This document shows positions 39,543 to 41,417 of a stretch of DNA of 41,417 bases, piece by piece (the stretch's first letter is position 1; every line of letters starts with the position of its first letter). Under the pieces are notes generated by a model. The model ran no database searches. It saw only the letters and a list, made by a program, of their open reading frames with translations, and was not told where the DNA came from. Both the position numbers and the translations under genes were made by a program. This DNA is from a virus. The DNA is taken from positions 1-41,417 of the IMG/VR virus record IMGVR_UViG_3300045988_097494. One strand, given 5' to 3'.

Positions 39543-40118
39543 TCCGACCCATCCGGCGGGCCTCTATCAGCACGACCATCCTACACGCGACGACGAACCG
39601 AGCGCAACCCTCCGGAATCTCCGGACAGTTCGACACCCCAGAAGCACCCGAAGCCGTGTAAGCCAATCTGAGAGCCTTTCAGCACCCCACCCAGGTCAGC
39701 ACACACACTCACCCCCGTTAGGCCGTCCACGAGCCTCCTGACGGCCTCCCTGGGGTGCGCGCCGCCCGCCGCCGAGGCCCAACCCTCTCTGGAGAGCGTC
39801 AACCAACTAGAGACGATCAACCCAACGTAACCACAACCCAACCCACTGCTTGGCGCTAGAGCAAGGAAGTCTTCAAGGTCAGGTTCCGTCTCGGTACAGC
39901 AAGGAAGGGCAAGGACGACGAAGGTGCCTCAGAGCGCTCCAACTCGACCAGGCGACCAAGGATCAACTAGAGCCAGGTACGTGACTAGCCAACGAACCAT
40001 CTCCTCGTCCTTGCTCTCGTGGACCAACTGGACCGAAGGCCAAGGCGACGACCAAGGACCAACGGTCCGACGGTCGGAGCGAAGCGGAGATCATGGCTTC
40101 GCGCGCACGCGCGACTAT
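39543..40118. other. Gene-free divergent control region, C+A-rich on the plus strand, with dispersed short repeats and small hairpins
   Basis: No RBS-backed ORF. About 70-73% C+A by hand count at 39661-39720 and 39781-39840. Repeated 8-12-mers: caactagag (39804, 39964), gcaaggaag (39861, 39899), cgaccaagga (39953, 40049) and ggaccaac (40021, 40056). Hairpins tccgga-atc-tccgga (39610-39624) and ggccgtc..gacggcc (39721-39746). Confidence 0.7.
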
Positions 40119-40144
40119 AGGTTCTCTTGGAAGGTTCTCCTTAA
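40119..40144 (+). repeat. 13-bp direct repeat aggttctcttgga / aggttctccttaa
   Basis: Adjacent imperfect copies immediately upstream of the 22-bp tandem repeats. Confidence 0.6.
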
Positions 40145-40150
40145 GGGGTT

Positions 40151-40218
40151 AGGTGGCACTGTGTTGCACAGGTGAGTGCACTGTGTTGCACAGGTGAGTG
40201 CACTGTGTTGCACAGGTG
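40151..40218 (+). repeat. Three tandem 22-bp repeats GCACTGTGTTGCACAGGTGAGT (iteron/operator-like)
   Basis: Units at 40156-40177 and 40178-40199 are exact, and 40200-40218 is a 19-nt copy. Each unit contains the dyads CTGTG-ttg-CACAG and GTGCA..TGCAC. Confidence 0.9.
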
Positions 40219-40236
40219 CCGCGACGACAGAGAAGA

Positions 40237-40262
40237 GGGCGCACCCCGAACAGGATGCGCCC
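40237..40262 (+). other. Hairpin gggcgca / tgcgccc (7-bp stem)
   Basis: Inverted repeat between the tandem repeats and the second hairpin. Confidence 0.4.
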
Positions 40263-40283
40263 ACAAGGTCACAGCAAGTAGAC

Positions 40284-40318
40284 GGAGGGCCCCAGCATGC
40301 GTTAGACTGGGGCCCTCC
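40284..40318 (+). terminator. Terminator-like or 5'-UTR hairpin 25 nt upstream of the replication-gene start
   Basis: 11-bp stem ggagggcccca / tggggccctcc with a 13-nt loop, followed by TT. Confidence 0.45.
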
Positions 40319-40342
40319 TTGAGAACACACAGAAAGGATATC

Positions 40343-41368
40343 ATGCGTTACTACGAATCGGAAGCCGCCGCCCTACGGGGCCTGAAGCCCAGCTCCAAAG
40401 TCCTCGCACTGGTGCTCGCGGCCCGCATGAACGACACTCACGACAATTGGCCGGGCCGCCCCGTCTGCTTCCCCAGCCTCGACGCCCTCGCGGAAGACAC
40501 TGACCTCGGGAAGCGCATGGTCCGCTACGCCATCGCAGAACTCATAGAAGCCAAAGTCATCCGCGTCTACAAGGACCGCGAGCCTGGCGCCCGCTGGGAC
40601 CACAACGTCTACGAGTGGACCGCCCCAATCTCCCCCAACTACCGCCCAGACTGGATGAAGCGCCCCGACAAGCAGAAGAGCGCCATCGGCGCTCGACTCA
40701 CCAACGAAGGGTGGGAGTACTGCGAGGAGAATCACGTTGGGCCGCACACTGCAGCCGCCGACCACCCTGAATTCGTCCTCCCTGCTGAGCAGCCAGTCCT
40801 TGTTGACGACCTGGGCGCCACCGACGTCGCCGAAATGTCAGCCGCTGAGACCCCTGTCGAAGAGAAGGAAGCTGGCACGCTACCAATCGACGTTACACCC
40901 CCGAAGAAGCCCGCCCGCGAGGCTACCGGGAAGCCCGCAGACGGCTTTGACGACTGGTGGAAGCAGTACCCCAAGAAGGTCGGCAAGATCGACGCCCAGA
41001 AGGCATACAGGGCCGCCATCAAACAGGGCGCCAAACCTCAGGACCTCCTCGACGGCCTCCGGCGCCACAACGCCAACTGGAAAGCCGCGAACACCGAACG
41101 CCAGTACATCCCCAACCCCGCCTCGTGGCTACGTAAGGGCAGGTGGGAGGACGAGCTCGAAGCACCCGACTCCGGCCAGGCCGCGCCAGCCATCAACCCG
41201 GCCACCGGCAAGGAGGCAACTAAGGAAGACTTCTGGTACGCCTGCATCGACCACGGCATCGACCCCAACGGCATCATCAACTTCTGGAAGCCATCCATGG
41301 ACCTCCCCGGCGACCCGGGATGGCCTGAGGTGGAGGCATACCTGTACCGCCAGGTCGGGCGTGCTTGA
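40343..41368 (+). CDS. Putative replication initiator/organiser with N-terminal winged-helix HTH
   Basis: 341 aa from the ATG at 40343 (RBS agaaaggatatcATG). N-terminal SKVLALVLAARMND...FPSLDALAEDTDLGKRMVRYAIAELIEAKVI is wHTH-like. The C-terminal FDDWWKQYPKKVGKIDAQKAYRAAIK...IPNPASWLRKGRWEDE motif is seen in phage replication/DnaD-like proteins. Confidence 0.5.
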   Translation: MRYYESEAAALRGLKPSSKVLALVLAARMNDTHDNWPGRPVCFPSLDALAEDTDLGKRMVRYAIAELIEAKVIRVYKDREPGARWDHNVYEWTAPISPNYRPDWMKRPDKQKSAIGARLTNEGWEYCEENHVGPHTAAADHPEFVLPAEQPVLVDDLGATDVAEMSAAETPVEEKEAGTLPIDVTPPKKPAREATGKPADGFDDWWKQYPKKVGKIDAQKAYRAAIKQGAKPQDLLDGLRRHNANWKAANTERQYIPNPASWLRKGRWEDELEAPDSGQAAPAINPATGKEATKEDFWYACIDHGIDPNGIINFWKPSMDLPGDPGWPEVEAYLYRQVGRA

Positions 41369-41394
41369 CACGCCTGTCCCACCCTGTCTACACT
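41365..41394 (+). promoter_or_regulatory. Putative early promoter spanning the end junction
   Basis: TTGACA (41365-41370), 18-nt spacer, TACACT (41389-41394, equal to 21-26 after wrap). It is followed by CCATCAGCA and a GAAAGGA RBS, the same layout as at 1282-1312 and 3150-3180. Confidence 0.5.
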
Positions 41395-41417
41395 CCAACC
41401 ATCAGCACAGCCGAAAG
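41369..41417. repeat. Terminal direct repeat, right copy (identical to 1..49)
   Basis: Exact 49-nt identity with the window start. Confidence 0.9.

Noticed and set aside
39924-40175. 83-aa plus-strand ORF in the divergent control region
   Set aside because: It has no RBS and a Ser/Arg/Thr-rich low-complexity product. It runs through the repeat-rich non-coding region and into the 22-bp repeats.

Overview
The window looks like a complete phage genome. Its first 49 nt are identical to its last 49 nt, leaving 41,368 bp of unique sequence, which indicates a circular or terminally redundant assembly. It is a high-GC, siphovirus-type dsDNA phage, most likely infecting an Actinomycetota host. The genes form two convergent arms. 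(1) The plus-strand early and DNA-metabolism arm runs from 40343 across the end junction to 13419. It encodes a winged-helix replication-initiator-like protein, two Xis/MerR-like HTH proteins, and several promoter/terminator-bounded cassettes of unknown function, including a secreted membrane-anchored protein. It also encodes a DUF3310-like protein, an Erf recombinase, a Gam-like protein, an HNH nuclease, a MazG-like protein, an Hjc-like resolvase, SSB, many small zinc-ribbon or membrane proteins, and a metallophosphoesterase. (2) The minus-strand late arm runs from 39440 down to 13617. In order it encodes five small genes, HNH, TerS, an intein-containing TerL, portal, a MuF-like protein, scaffold, major capsid, four connector genes, and a major tail protein with an Ig-like C-terminus. 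These are followed by the G/G-T tail chaperones (-1 frameshift), tape measure, Dit, Tal, a collar-domain fibre and a large minor tail protein. The arm ends with a lysis cassette (three-domain endolysin, r1t-type holin, membrane protein) and an extra fibre-like gene pair that includes an SGNH esterase. Genes are tightly packed, with many ATGA/GTGA start-stop overlaps. I recognised no integrase, repressor, complete tRNA, CRISPR array, reverse transcriptase or DNA polymerase. The most notable observations are: a class-3-type intein with a LAGLIDADG endonuclease in TerL; two arrays of 19-bp repeats in front of and inside erf that are read in different reading frames; an ~800-bp gene-free, repeat-rich divergent control region with three 22-bp tandem repeats; a reiterated early promoter cassette preceded by extreme GT-rich and alternating purine-pyrimidine tracts; an in-frame TGA in the first early ORF; a tRNA-like acceptor/T-arm minihelix; and a Trp-rich micro-ORF between duplicated terminator copies. 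All functional calls rest on motif recognition by eye, because no database search was possible.
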